The notes under the pieces were generated by a model. That model was not told the DNA's origin and did not search any database. It saw only the letters and a program-made list of their open reading frames with translations. The position numbers and the translations under genes are program-made. Positions 42,571-57,100 of a stretch of DNA of 64,000 nt are shown in pieces (within the stretch, counting starts at the first letter, position 1; each line of letters opens with the position of its first letter). This DNA comes from Eledone cirrhosa (taxonomy: Eukaryota), in contig OZ024740.1 of the NCBI GenBank assembly GCA_964016885.1, forward strand, positions 242,978,001-243,042,000. The letters run 5' to 3'.

Positions 42571-45500
42571 TGTAGTATATTATGTATATATTTAGAAATA
42601 GAAAAAAGAGAGAGATAAATAAAATCAAAAAGTAAATATTCCTATTTATTTTGTTTATAAGTCATGACATACAGAAATAATCTTTATAAATTTAATTTTG
42701 AATGCACAAACATTAAACTGGATATATTGTCTAGGCTTTCTTCAAGAGAGGTAGAGTGTCAGGGAATTTGAAAGTAATTGTAAAGTAAGACAGCTAACAA
42801 CGTAATAATTTTGGCAAATGGTCATTTTTTTTTCTTTTTCAGAAAAATACCAATTTTCATTGTTTTTCTTTCTTTTCCGAACATAATTTTGGCTCTTATC
42901 ATCAACTTAAGATAATAGTGTTCTTACATATCATAACAAATGCCAACATAACATACTGCAGACAGTTCAATAAAGTACAAACATAGTTACAGCAAAAATA
43001 GTCAAAATAAACACTATAATAAACAAAATTAAACAATTTATAAAGGATCAACAAATTGAAAAAAAACATTTTTTTTACTAAAATCACTTTTTGTTTCCAA
43101 ATACTTTTCCAGATTATTTTTTAATAATAGCAAAGGATAAATTCACCATTGGTTTTACTGATGAATATTCAGTTGTTCAATGAACTGAACTTCATGCCAA
43201 CTAAATCAACATATAAGTTGTTGAGCGTTTCACAGATGAGTACTCTTAACATAATTCTCAAGCAAAATCAGCCTAACTCTATGTAATAAAGCTAGAACTT
43301 CAAATTACAGGCCCAATTCACCCAACAGACTCCCACATAGCTTCCATTTGGTCAATTTCACTAACAAGACTTTGAGTCGACCAAGGTTATGGTAAAAGAC
43401 ACTTGCACAAGATGCCACATAGTGGGGTTGGCCAGGAACTCAAGATTACAAAACAAATTTCTTAACCATGCTTATGTCCACAAAATTTGATTAATTCTGC
43501 ATAGTATAATGTTTTTAAGAGTTAGCTATTCAACCTGAAACGTTGTGCTTAGCAAACTAAAAAATTAGAGTTTGTGCCTTGGTTAAAGAGGAAATATAAT
43601 GCTACATGGTGCTCCATGATTGCATGCACTGAGGTTGTTGTTGTTTATGCTGTGTATCCATAGTACGCAAGTTGTTGGTTGAACAGCTCAACAAAACTCA
43701 CAGATCTATTATTCTAGGTATACCATGCCTGTACCTAGCTGGGAGCCATGTTACACACTTTGATATGCAGTGTTATAGACTGACCTTGTTGCACCGTCAG
43801 AAATTTCCAGTCTATGTTTGTACATATGTTGTAGTTGTGTAGTCCCAGATCAACCCAGATCAAGTAAACCATAATCAAATCTGTTTCCCAAACTTAGTGC
43901 ACCCAGTGCCATATTATCCAATGGATCCTTCTTTTCTAAGATGGTAATTTGAAAGAGATTTGGGTGTATTATTTTGCAGGCTGAATAAAAGGTTCTTTAT
44001 ATACTCAAACATTTATATAGCTTTAGATTTTGGTGCTCAATTCATTTACAGAATGAAACAATCTCACTGCTAAGAAGTACCTACACCTCTGTCAGCTGAA
44101 GAATAATTTTTAAAGCTACACTTACTCTGATAAAGACATGCACATAATGGTATGTACCTTCAATTATTTTTTTCTTCAATTTATATCTTAAAATATTTAT
44201 TCAATTACAATTAATTGAATGCTCAGATGGGATTATGCTTAGTCTTTCTCTCTCTTATATATATATATATATAAGAGAGAGAGAGAAAGAGAGAGACTAA
44301 GCATGAAACTTGTGAAACCAGTCAGGTTATAAGTTATTGTAAATGAATTTTCTTAAAGACTCCAATTGCATTTTCAACTTCTTTTTCATATATATATATA
44401 TATATATATACATGCATATATAAAGACTCCCTTCAGTCACAAATAACCCGCGAAGGTTTTTTGTTTTTTTGTGGAATACCAGCAGTCACCCATATATACC
44501 AGTCTCCCTTCTTCATGACACCGATGCTGTTCAAAGGAAAGGCAAAAGCCAATACAGCTTGATATTAATGATGTCACAGCTCATTTCTACAGCTGAGTTA
44601 ACTGGAGCAATGGGAAATAAAGTGGATTCATTTTTCATGACACTACCACTACCACCCGACAAGATGAACTGGGTGCATTTTACAGAGAGGGCTGGGTGTA
44701 TTTCATCATAACACCACCACTTCTACTTTCCACTGTGGGCTGAGCACATTTTGTTGTGCTACCAGTACTACTACATTTCAACATTAGGGTCCCTATATCC
44801 TTGGCCAAGCTAGGAGAATAGTGATAGGGAATGGAGAAACGAGAGTGATGTGCAGGCTGTTTGTAACTAGCCCAGAGAGAAAGGAATGGACATAAGGGAA
44901 GCAGTAGTGCAACCAGCTCTCCATGCTGGCATAGTTAGGCAATTAAGGGAAAATTCAGGGATAAATTTGACAGTGCGATTTGTGGGGTGGTGAGTAGGAA
45001 GTGTTGGTTGTAAGATGGTGTTGGTGGGAGGAAGGGAGAGAGCGAGAGAGAGAGAGAGAGAGAGAGAGAAAGGGTGAGCAAACTGCATCTGACAGTATAA
45101 TTTGGGTGCATTATAAATTAACAGCTAAGATTGTTTAATAAAAATTACATCTACTTCTAAATACCAATTTGTCATCGAAACAGACAGCATATGATGTATG
45201 TATCTAATGCTAGACATGAACATGTGACTGATTGCACCACACTGAATCTACATCCCCATCCTTCTCAAACAAATACAAATCTGACAATATTCAACATGAA
45301 CTGACAGACAAATTACCAATAAAACAGACAAAGACATAGTATAAGAGAGAAGAGAGTGCAAGCTTAGTATGTTGTAATCTTGTAATCAACTACATAGCAA
45401 GTTTTAGGTGTGTGTTTTTTTTGTTTTTTTTTATATATATTTCAAATTGATGTTTACAAAGGTATATTTAATATTGTTTATAAAGACATACATACACATA

Positions 45501-45689
45501 TCCCCCCATCATCATCACCATTTTAGCTACAGAGATATTTATGAGGTGTTTTTTTTTCTATTATTATGAGAAGGTGAATGTTATGGGAGACATTGTGTTG
45601 AATGAGAAATTAATATTTGTGTAATAATGGTACAATTGTAGAAAGAGAGGGAGGTGTTGGCAATTCCTTTTTTATATATATATATATAT

Positions 45690-45736
<47 letters not shown>

Positions 45737-46102
45737 TTTACGTCTGCTTTTCCCTGCTTGCAAGGGTGGGACGGGAACTGATTCTGGCTTGATTTCTACA
45801 GCTGGATGCCCTTCCTAACACCAACCTCATTTACAGTGAGTGCTGGGTGCTTTTTTTTTCCGTGGTGCCTACACGTCCACTTTACAGTGTGGGCTGGGTG
45901 CTTTTTTGCCATGGCACCCCCACGACCACTTTGCAGTGGAATGATAGGGACTCCAGTCCTATCATCTCATTTCTACAGCTGAGTAAACTGGAGCAATGTG
46001 AAATAAAGTGTCTTGTTCAAGGAAACAACACATCAGCCGGTTTGAGAATTGAACTCACAACCTTTTGATTGCAAGGCCAATGCTCTAACCACAAAGCCAT
46101 GT
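45690..46102 (-). mobile_element. SINE copy with an extra internal ~48-bp unit
   Basis: Same family, long (CAT)n tail. Confidence 0.85.
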
Positions 46103-46113
46103 ATATATATATA

Positions 46114-47378
46114 TGGAAGCACGGCCTAGAGTCAAAAGGACTTAAAATTAACCTGGCTAAGACCAAAGTTCTAGTTTGTAGGAAAGAAAACAAGGCGGCG
46201 GTCCCTTCTGGGAAATGGTCGTGCTCGGTATGTAGGAAAGGCGTAGGTAGAAACTCCATCTTATGTCCTAAATGCAAAGTATGGGTGCATAAAAGATGTA
46301 GTGGGATCACAGGTAAGCTAACTAAGAACATAGACTTTACATGTGGCCGGTGTTCTGGTGCAATAAGTAGCAGCAAGTGCCCACAAAATACTAGCTCTTT
46401 CAATTGCGCAGAGGGTTCTATAGAAATAGTGGACAGCTTCCGTTACCTGGGCGATAAAATCAGCAGTGGGGGAGGGTGCTCTGAAAGTACTGTAGCTAGA
46501 GTCAGAACTGGTTGGAAAAAGTTCAGAGAGCTTATACCACTATTAGCTGCTAAAGGGTTCTCCCTAAAAATGAAAGGCAGGTTGTACGATGCCTGCATAC
46601 GAACAGCAATGTTGCATGGTAGTGAGACCTGGGCATTGTGTGCAGAGGATATACGCAGACTAGAGAGGAACGAAGCTTGCATGCTCCGCTGGATGTGTAA
46701 CAGTAATATACGTGAACGGCAAAGCATAAACGAACTAAGGAAAAAATTAGAGATAAGAGGGATCAGATGTTGTTTACTCGAGAGAAGGCTGCGTTGGTAT
46801 GGACACGTGATGCGCATGAAAGTCGATAGCTGTATTACAAAGTGCAGGGCAATAAAGATAGACGGTAGCCACGGAATAGGCAGACCTAGAAAAACATGGG
46901 ATGAGCTGATAAACTCCGACCTCACACACTTACACCTCTCCAAGACAATGTCACTGGACCGTGACCTTTGGCGGTACTCAGTAACAGAGAAGACCCGCCT
47001 TGCCAGTAGGCATCTCTAACAAAATACACCCCTCCCGCCGCCACCCCCACCCCATCCACACCACCCCGTTCTATGTAAAGTCATGTTGGTGCCGCGCCAT
47101 CCAGGCCGAAACAAATGAGATCGTGTAGGTGTCACGACAAAAAAACACACAGTCCACGCTGTAATGTGGCCGTGTAGGCAACACGGTAAAAACCTCCCAG
47201 ACCCACACTGTAAATGTGGTTGGTGTTAGGAAGGGCATCCAACTGTAGAAAACCTGCCAGACAGTCCTATGCGAGCAAGACAATCACTCTTGCCTCAAGT
47301 GGGACTACCCCCGTCCAAACCCATGCAAGCGTGGAACACGGACGTTAAACGTTGATGCTGATGATGATGATGATGATA
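46114..47378 (+). mobile_element. Young 5'-truncated RTE-clade LINE: intact RT C-terminal ORF (to 47019) with inserted PHD-like finger, 3' UTR and (GAT)n tail
   Basis: GLKINLAKTKV...VDSFRYLGD...AMLHGSETW...RRLRWYGHVMRM...GRPRKTW, uninterrupted for ~300 aa. Confidence 0.92.
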
Positions 47379-47384
47379 TATGCT

Positions 47385-48350
47385 ACTTGGTAAGCAGAGT
47401 TCTGTGCTTGCTGCTGTATGTCTGTATGTCGTCTCTGACTGCAGGAACCAATGTCTCATCCCGTAGTGAAATAACACTATAGATGTTTCAGCAATGTGAC
47501 ACCAGAGCTATTGGGCCATCTACCGATAATAGACAATGGAACTCCTGCACGACAGCAAATCTTTGGTGAGTCTGATGTTGCGACCCAATCCACCTCAATG
47601 CATTAGTTCAGCATGAAATCATATGGGCCTGATGTTATGACTCTGAGGAAGACGTCTCCATCCACCTCAATGTGCCAAGCACACCATTCATCTTCTATTT
47701 TGAGCCAAATATAGTAACTCGCTTTCCCAGCTACCCCATAATGCTCTAGAAAAGTATTTCCTTTCCTTTGCCACCAATCCAAGGCCCCTGAGGAATAAGT
47801 CAATCCTGGTTCCAACAAATCCAATGACCCCTACCTCCACAGAGAAACAGGATACCTTCTATCCATAGGTTTCACAGAGTTCAACCAGCTCACTGTACTT
47901 CCTGGCCTTCCTGTTGAATACATCATTGATGTTTGCCTCCCAAGAGACCTTAAGCTCCACCATCTTCACCACCTTCCTTTTCTTAGATCACAAGAAAAGG
48001 TAAAAAAAGGAAAATCGTACTTGTGGTTCAGGTTAACTGAGACCTCCCAGATCCTCTCCCATTTTGCACCAGTCTTCTTTCTTACAGTGGCTGGCTTGCA
48101 GTGTTCTTCTTCTTAACAAAATGGGCACCAGAGCTTCAACTGTCTTCTCTATCGCTGAAAGTCTATCCTCAGCCATCTTCTTTCATTGAGTGACCCACAA
48201 TACAGCTTCCCTAGACTCTTCACAGATTTCTCTGCAGCTGTTGGCATGACCTCACCTGCAGCATCATACTTTACCTCTTCTTGCCTTCCTTTAAGAAGTG
48301 TCACACTGCAGGATTTCTTTGCTCTGAAGTGCTTCTTCAACCAAATCACC
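47385..48350 (-). mobile_element. Highly decayed non-LTR retrotransposon fragment
   Basis: GC-richer block with PVKSLGK.Y- and AKWE-like remnants. Family not resolved. Confidence 0.35.
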
Positions 48351-48877
48351 ATTGACTTTATATCATCATCATCATCATCGTTTTTACATTGGCTTTTCTA
48401 TGCCTGCATATATATAATGGTGTTTTGTTTTAATGTTACAATGAATTGGATGGTAAATGTTGAAACCGATGATGTTTGGATGTTACCTTGTTGTTACCTA
48501 TAGGTCCTTATACTTCCAGATAAAATCTCTTTATGAGAAGATTAACAGTAGAAACTAATTTGGAGCTGTATACTTTTTGTTGTTCTTAAGCTGCTATTTT
48601 ACACAATACTTCAAGCAAACTATAATGCCTACCTATAAATGCACCCAGTACATACTGTAAAATGGTCGGAGACAGGAACCACTTTAGCCCTAGAAAGCCT
48701 GCTAAACAAAGGGTTGGGAGGACCCTTCAGTTGTGCTAAAGAATTACAGCTTCTCTTTTGCTGGTGTATTCAGTAGAACATGAGACCATATGTAAGTGAA
48801 ATGCTGACCCCCAGCCTGTCTGGGAGGTCAGTAACCCTGCTTCAGTACTAACATAATCTATGACGATCCCTCCAAAC

Positions 48878-49175
48878 CTTGGGTATAAGAGGGATAAGTT
48901 GTGGTGTGCAGGAGAGAAGGCTGAGATGGTATGGATATGTGATGCACATGGAGGATGACCGCTGGGTAAAGAAGTGCCAAGAAATCCCAGTAGAAGGAAG
49001 ATGCAGTAGAGGAAGACAACGAAAAACATGGGCAGAGGTGGTGAGAGCAGACCTCAGATTGCTGAAACTCACCGAGGAGATGATGAAGGATCGTGACAAG
49101 TGGAGAGATGCTGAATAGGACCCATCCAACCCTTGCAAGCAGGGAAAAGCGGACGTAAAATGATGATGATGATGA
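48878..49175 (+). mobile_element. Short RTE 3' fragment with (GAT)n tail
   Basis: ERRLRWYGYVMHM...GRQRKTW followed by a tail like the SINE tail (CCCTTGCAAGCAGGGAAAAGCGGACGTAAAATGATG). Confidence 0.8.
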
Positions 49176-49447
49176 TATATATATATAATTGTTTCTACTT
49201 TTGGCACAAGGCCAGCAATTATCCCAGTGCATTATTGGTACTTTATTTTATAGACCCCATAAGGATGAAAGGCAAAGTTAACCTCGGCGGGATTTAAATT
49301 CAGAACATAAAGGGATGTGGAATGAATGATATCAACCTTAATGCACTGAAACCATAGTGATTTCCAGGGTTTAACTGAGATGGGACTGTTCGTCTTTCCG
49401 TTGTTTTTGTCCTGTGTGCTCCCTATTTTGAATATATATATATATAT

Positions 49448-50420
49448 ATCATCATCATCACCATTTTATGTCCATTCTTTCACGCTAGCATGGGTTAGAC
49501 AATTGTCCTGTTGTGGGTAATGCTAGGTCAGGTGACCATGTCTTTCTCATACAGAACTGATTTTGGCTTGGTTTCTACAGCTTGATGCCCTTTCTAATGC
49601 CAACCTCATTTACAGTGAGTACTGGGTGCTTTTTGTCATGACACCTACACAACCACTTTACAGTGTGGACTGGGTGCTTTATGTTGTGACACCTACACAA
49701 CCACTTTACAGTGTGGACTGAGTGCTTTTTGTCATGACACCTACACAACCACTTTACAGTGTGGACTAGGTGCTTTTTGTCATGACACCTACACAACCAC
49801 TTTACAGTGTGGGCTGAGTGCTTTTTGTCATGACACCTACACAACCACTTTACAGTGTGGACTAGGTGCTTTTTGTCATGACACCTACACAACCCTTTAC
49901 AGTGTGGACTAGGTGCTTTATGTTGTGACACCTACACAACGACATTACAGTGGAAGGGTGTGGTGGGACGTACTGTAAATATGCTTCAGCTTCGGCCTGT
50001 GTCTGTGGGAAGTCAGGTCTTCTGTATTACTGCATAACAGCAGAGATCTTGGTCTTGTGTCATCGTTTTTGAGAGGTGCAATTGGACAAGGTCAGCTTTT
50101 ATCACTTCATCCCAAGTCTTCCTGGGTTTCCCCACTCCAAGGCTTCCATTGATTTTGAGCTCTCTGCTTCCTTTTACACAGCTGCCATCCTTCATTCACA
50201 TCACATGTCCATACCAACACAATCTCCTCTTCTGCATACAGCATTTGATTCCTCTTAAGCCTAGTTTCTCTCTCAGTTCCTTTATGCTTCACCGTTCTTG
50301 TATATTACTATTACACATCCACCAGAGCATGCAAGCTTCATTTCTTTCCAATCTTCACAAGTCTTCTGCACACAGCGCCCATGTCTCACTACTATGTAAC
50401 ATTGCCATTCATATGCATGC
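49448..50420 (-). mobile_element. Decayed RTE LINE 3' portion with expanded 48-bp UTR repeat
   Basis: GKPRKTWDEVIKADL on the minus strand; (CAT)n tail at the left. Confidence 0.85.
49600..49952. repeat. 48-bp minisatellite, ~7 copies, inside the RTE 3' UTR
   Basis: ACACCTACACAACC recurs at 49641, 49689, 49737 and onward (period 48). Confidence 0.9.
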
Positions 50421-50642
50421 ATATATATATATATATTCTTTTATCGTTATACCAATTCAGTCATTGGTTTGCAGCAATGCTAGAGTTCATGAATTTTACT
50501 TTGTCATATCTGCTACACTACTTATTTTATTGATCTATATTTATCAAATGGTTAAGTTTTACTTTGTTGGTGTACATGAACATACAAGTACTAGTATATA
50601 CAAGCACAGAAACCCATAGATACTCAAACAGACAGACACACG

Positions 50643-50646
<4 letters not shown>

Positions 50647-50712
<66 letters not shown>
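50647..50712. repeat. (CA)n microsatellite
   Basis: Seen directly. Confidence 0.95.
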
Positions 50713-50716
<4 letters not shown>

Positions 50717-51898
50717 AGTACACTAGTTATATATGTATGGCGATTTTATATGCTTAAGATGAAGGCTTTTCTGTATACAAGGAAGAACTACAGTTGACTG
50801 AGTCAGTGGTAGTGACAATATTACTGAACAAATCTCATAAGTTGAAATATTGATTATATGGAACAGGTATCAGTAATACTTGTTTAATACTCTGCTTAAT
50901 AAAACATGCATTTCCTATGATAGTGTGGATTGAATATCATCATCATCATCATCATCATCATCATTTTTACATTCATTTCTCCATACTTGCATGGATTGAA
51001 AATTGTATGAGTTGATGAAGCAGTTGTGTTACTCTTAAATATTTTTCCAGATTGTAACCACTCTATTTTCTTAAAGTAGAGCTGGATTAGTTGACTGTCG
51101 CAATAGTGGTCTTCCTATTTGTGAATTTGTGAACTCACAGACTAGCACCTTCTTTTACTTAATATATCCTATTAGTATTTGAACTAAGAATGGTGTCTTA
51201 AAAGCAACAAATGTTCAGATGTGCTGAATTTCAATGACACTATATGCCTCTTTGTGATAATTTCTACTCTTTTTATTCCCTTTCATTTATTTATTGTTTT
51301 CTCCCATGCAACATTCCAAATATCCGAGTTTTATATACAGCCAGAATGAATTCAGTAATATCACAACTACAAATTAGAAACCTATTCACAAATTTAATAT
51401 CCAACTAGCTAGGTTAGTTTGACATTCCTGAGAACCAAGGATATATAGATATTATTAAGTAGGGAAATATGCTAATACATCTTTATTGACCAATCCTGAA
51501 TAATATCAATATTAAGCAAAATATCTATGAAATTCTAATAGAAAGATCATAACTTTGTCCTTTTCACATTGTCAATATATGCATCTAACATTTTTTAACA
51601 CATAATTACTGGGTAAATAGAAAAGCAATATTGATCAGAATATTTCCCCAATGGTATATAATTTTGCAAATACATCGTGGTCCAAGAAAAAATATGGAGA
51701 GAGTGAGGGGAGATGAGAAATTAACTCTTTTATATGGGCTGCAGATATATTATGTTCAAAACGATTTGTTGTCTACTGTAGAAACTCAAGTATGTGAAAT
51801 TCTACCTAATTTAACAGAAAATGTTAATTTAATCAATTACTAAATAATGTACCTCTTTATTTCTCATGTAAAATTGTTTAGTTTCTTTGTTTATTAAC

Positions 51899-52086
51899 TT
51901 AACCCTTTTGTGACTGTATTTCTAATAAAATAAATACTGCCCATGTTTTTCAATTAATTTTGAAACAAAATCGTAAATGTGGAGTGATTTAGTAAAATAA
52001 TTAATTTTCCAACTGTGCTGGGTGATCTTGATTTAAATATGAATAGTATCATAAAAGTTTGAAGCAGGTTGGTTATAAAAGAATTA
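51899..52086. mobile_element. Possible piggyBac-type MITE relic
   Basis: TTAA-CCCTTTTGTGAC ... GTTATAAAAGAA-TTAA imperfect termini. A similar TTAA-CC start occurs at ~17017. Confidence 0.35.
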
Positions 52087-52877
52087 ACAATTTTTTTTTT
52101 TTTTCAGTCAAAATAGGGGAAAGTGTTTTGGGGTTGTTATTGTCAATGTGACATCCAAAAATAAAACTCCTCAAAATTTGAAATACTGACAAATTACCTA
52201 TAAATATATATAGTTACATGTAAAATGATATGCAACAACATTTGAAAGGATATCAGATTTAATACAAATTATGCCAATCCTGCCTAGTTGTCAATCCTTT
52301 CCCTCATAGATCATGCAAACTTCAAAGCAAACTATTGATCAATGTAATAAAGCAACATATATACTTCATAATATCATTGCAATCATTGATCTATTATACA
52401 ATGGAAGTCAAGTGCTCAAAGCAACTTGCATTTTTCCTGAATGCATTGCCTACATTACATAACCAAAAATTAAGGACACATTGGATAATACAGTCCTAGA
52501 AAAACTATCTGAAAGAAAGATATAATCATCATGTTTCGAAGCCTTTGATGACAAGTCTTATCAGAGCTAATCTGGAGATAAACATGAGTTTACTTATAAT
52601 TTCACACTAACTCAACCTTTGTGATCTAACAATCAAATCTTCTTTAATAAAATGTTTTACTATCTTTAAAATGAACATTACATGTTCTAAACAAAAAACA
52701 ACAAACCTCACAATAAAGATAGTAGTCATGATGGACATGGTTTGGAACAATGAGGTTCAACTATCCAAACTAACACACTAAATGTAGTTATACTTATTAG
52801 TTTGCTTTTTAGTTTTCTTAATATGTTCAATGGGAATTTTCAGTTCTACAAAATATCTGTCATTATTAAACTTGGAT

Positions 52878-53060
52878 TGGCAGTATCGGTAGAGGGTCTG
52901 ACGCCATGCTTTGCAGCAAAGAGTTACGCCCCTTTATGGTTTGAGTTCAAATCCCGCCGAGGTTAACTTTGCCTTTCATCCTTACGGGGTCGATAAAATA
53001 AAGTACCAGTAATGCACTGGATAATTGCTGGCCTTGTGCCAAAAGTAGAAACAATTATTA
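52878..53060 (+). mobile_element. Second SINE family (tRNA head + Meta/MESC-like core GCCTTTCATCCTTACGGGGTCGATAAAATAAAGTACCAG, (ATT)n tail)
   Basis: GGCAGTATCGGTAGAG...GAGTTCAAATCC. Other copies: ~24112-24290(-), 35950-36131(-), 39491-39675(+), 49186-49315(-), 2362-2432(-). Confidence 0.8.
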
Positions 53061-53669
53061 AACTTATTAAAGGTCAGTGGAATAGCTGAATCATTTGAAC
53101 ACTGAACAAAAGGCTTTGCATCATTTAGTTTCAGCCCTTTACCTTCTGAGTTCAAATCTCACTGAGGTAAACTTTGACTCTTATCCTTCCTGGGTTAATA
53201 AAATAAAGTATCTTAAAAGTTCTGGTGAAGATATAATCAAATCTCTCCTTCCCACAAATTATTGACCTTGTGCCTAAATTGGAAATAATCATTAATCCTT
53301 TCAGCCCTGAGTGAAGGGAGATAATAAGTGATTACACCCTGCTCCTCTAAAATCTAGACAAAGGCCCAAGAAAAGAAGTCAATAATTCTATGCAAGTTGC
53401 ATTTTGTTGGCGTAATTTCATAGCATTGCATATGTAGTGATTCTCATGCAGTAAACAGCATTTTAGGTGCTCCCTTCTTTTCACATGTTTTATGAACCAA
53501 GCAGTATTCTTTCAGCTAGTTTAGCTATATAAAGTGAAATTCAAAGCTATTTAACTCTTATCTTTTCTTACCTTGCCACAATAGGCAAGCCTTCTCAATT
53601 TAAAGAAAATGCTGACACAGTACTTAAACTAAACATATATAGTAAATACATTTCACAGTTCAAGTCAGT

Positions 53670-54120
53670 TTACTTGGCCCACTAACTTGAATGACAACAG
53701 AAGGAGTCTTGAAGCAGCCAGTTTCCCATCATAATTAGATCCTGCTGACCTCGCCTGTGATGGTAGTAAGCACCTAAACCAGATAGACATCTTCCCATTT
53801 GGGAAAGGTAAATCTTCAATTTTAGATGCCATGCTGCAACATTTCTCTACCTCCAACCATGTTTCATTCACAAACTCCGGCACTGCCATCCATAATGCAG
53901 AGGAGAGGAAGATAACCAGATACCAAGACTTAACTGACCACTTCCTTTTCTTGCCTGTCGTTGTTGAGACCTCAGATCTCCTCAGTTCCCAATCTGCCAT
54001 TTTCCTCTAGAAAATTGGGAGGAGTGAATCCTACATGAAGAAGGAGCCCCATGAGGTGGAGTAGCTGATGCAGAGGCTTTCACTGGCTGTTTCTGAGGCA
54101 ATACCTTCACCAACTGAGAT
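53670..54120 (+). mobile_element. Decayed CRE/RLE-type non-LTR retrotransposon 3' end
   Basis: DGSK...FPFGKGKSSILDA, FLPVVVETS and QRLSLAV motifs. Confidence 0.6.
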
Positions 54121-57100
54121 ATACCACCTAGTGACTGCTACTCCCTGCCCTCTTTCCCTTTCTTTTTCTATTTAAGTCTTTTCTTTTTTTCTCTGGGGTT
54201 CTTTTACTGCAAACATAATATTTGAAATTTGTGTATAAAGTCTTTTCATTACTAAAAATATATATATATTTTCAAAAAATACTACACCTCTCCTCATCCA
54301 CTTACTGCAAACTTACTTGTACAAGATTCCATACAATATTCACTTCCTGCAGACCTACTTGTACAAAGACTCATATTGCAGACATCTTGCATCCTGCACA
54401 TATGTATATAGCATGCTACTGTCAGTCCTTTGGTTGTCCCATCATCTATTGCATTCACTCCTTTTGGTAGATTTGTATAACCATCTTCACCACCTCTTGT
54501 TTTGATGTTTATTGATTGACACTTTCCCAGCAATTGAGGAGACTAATGTAGCTGATGTTTTGGATATTCATCGATTTTCAACAATTTTATTTCGATCACA
54601 TAGTAGTATTCTCTTAACTGTTCTAGCAATCCTCTACCTCTTAGTTTTTATTTTACTTTACCTCAACGGGGTGGTAGTAAGCCTCCACTTCCTAGTGGAT
54701 CAGCAACACAGAACAGTTTCTTGTATGAAATATGTTTTTTACTTTTATTTATCTCAGTAACATTATCCATTCTTAGCATGTGTGACACACTAGAAACTTT
54801 AAATCCAAGAACATATGTCTAACACTATTTCTTCAACATTCAGTTACACATTTGTTTTTACAAGCATAAATATATGTATATGCACGCAGACTCAAACATA
54901 CTTCCACTAGGCACCTCTTAACAACTTAACCCACTATACCCCATCCCATACACCACCCTCTCACTTCTGTCCACAGCACCCTTACACTGTAAAGTTATGT
55001 TGGTATCACGAAAACATCCAGCCCACACTTTAAAGTGGTCATGTAGGTGTCATGGCAAACAGCACTCAGCCCACACTGTAAGGTGGTCATGTAGGTGTTA
55101 CAACTAAAAGTACCTAGCTCACACTGTAAAGTGATCATGTAGGAGTCATGACAAAAAGCACCCAGCACACACTATAAATGTGGTTGGCATTAGGAAGTTC
55201 ATCTAGGCATAGAAATCTAGCCAGAAGCAATTCTATATGAGCAAGACACAGTCACCTGACCCAACTTGCCTCTAATGGGACAACCCTCCTAACCCATGCT
55301 AGCATCAAAAATGGACATTAAACGATGATGATGATTTCCTATAAACCATGCTTTTATTTTAAACTTGTTATTCTTCTAATCTATTACTATCCATTTCAGA
55401 CTTCTATTTCGCAATTTTGGAAGAACATTTTGTGTAACAACCCTGAATTATAATATCACTTAAAGTGAAAAATGTCTGACACTTCTGACAGTCCATAGAA
55501 AATAAACAAGAACAATTATAATTAATTCATTGCTATCTTTAAGCATCCAGAGTTTCAAAACACTACAATATAATTTTATTGCATGTTATGATAGCATGTC
55601 GTAACATGTGATATATGGTTGATATCAGACAGATAAGGATGATATATCTTCTGCATTCATTTGTAACTTAGGGGTATCATCATCCATCTATAATTGATAG
55701 AATATTGAGAAGCAGTTACTTCTCACTTGATGGCTGAAGCAGATTGTTTGTCATTACATATGAATGTGTATAGCTATTATTTACTTCACCAATTTTCCTA
55801 ACTAGACTGGAAAGTGAAGATTCCAGCCCATTAGCCAATGAATAGCAACTCAAAATATACAGTTATTATATATTACTATAGAAAATAAAACAAACAAAAA
55901 GCATCTTTAAATAGTCTGTGTTGTCATTAGCAACAGATAAAATTCTGAAAGTATTTTCGTCTATTCTTGTTCACTGATTATTCTTTGAATATGAAAATGA
56001 CATTCATATTTGCAAATAATACAGAAAAAACATAATATAGAAAAATCAATCTTAATTTCATGTTTATACATTTATTATCTTAAAATTGTGCATTTATTTT
56101 TCTGGTTACAGTAAACTTGTAACAGAAGGGTTACAGTAAACTTGTAACATAAAAACATTTGATCCAATCTAAATTATTTTGAGTCAACTGACACTTTAAA
56201 ACAAAAACTTATATTGATTGAGCTTCAATGTAAAATCATTCAGAAGCTATAAATGAGTTTTTATAGTAACAGCACAGTGGTACATATTTTTTCTCTCTCT
56301 CTTCAACCTTCCAGTCTCCTCTTTCTACTAACATTATTCCTCTCTTTCCAAACAAGCATGAAACAATTAAGAGTTTGTGTAATGATATCTCTGAACTATA
56401 CATAAATACTCATTAGTGTTCTACCTAATCAAGGTAGGATTTATAACTATTTTATAACACAATGTGGTGTTGATGTGAATATCCCATCAAAGCAAAGTGA
56501 AATATGTTTTTATGGAAAGATAATAAATATCCTTGTATATCCTTGTATATGTCACTGAGTATTCAAAACCACAGCATCAGATATATGATGTTAAACAATG
56601 ACAGGATAAGACAAGGTGAGGTAGTTAATTAATCCATTGTTATATGATCGTTTCAGATAGCAAAATGATTGATATGCCAATCAATTGATGGTAGCTATGT
56701 AACTCCATACTATTAGCTTTGAAAAAACACATCCACTCTGCTGTCTATTTTCAGAAACAGACTAATGGTTTGAAATTGCATAACTGCCATTGATTAGTCT
56801 GAACATCAAACATTTTGCTCTCTGAAATGATTGTAAAAGAATGGATTGATTAACTTCTTCACTTTGTCTTATTTTTTCATTGCTTAACATTATCTATATA
56901 TAAATATATATATGAAAACCAACACCAAATAGCAATGTGTTTTCCACAAGGATGGTAAGAAAGGGCAGGTATATTTGGAGAAAGTGTTTATGCTCTCAAA
57001 TCATATTGCCAAAATGAAGCAATAATGCAAACGAATAGCATAATCTGAATTGACAAAAGAAAGACCCGATTGTCAATTTAACAATACTTTGTGAAGGCAT

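Noticed and set aside
49600-49952. Regular repeats resembling a CRISPR array
   Set aside because: Contiguous 48-bp tandem units with no unique spacers, inside a eukaryotic LINE UTR.
54294-54533. Cys-rich minus-strand ORF
   Set aside because: Possibly a decayed CXC-type DNA transposon tail, but neither a host exon nor a family can be supported.
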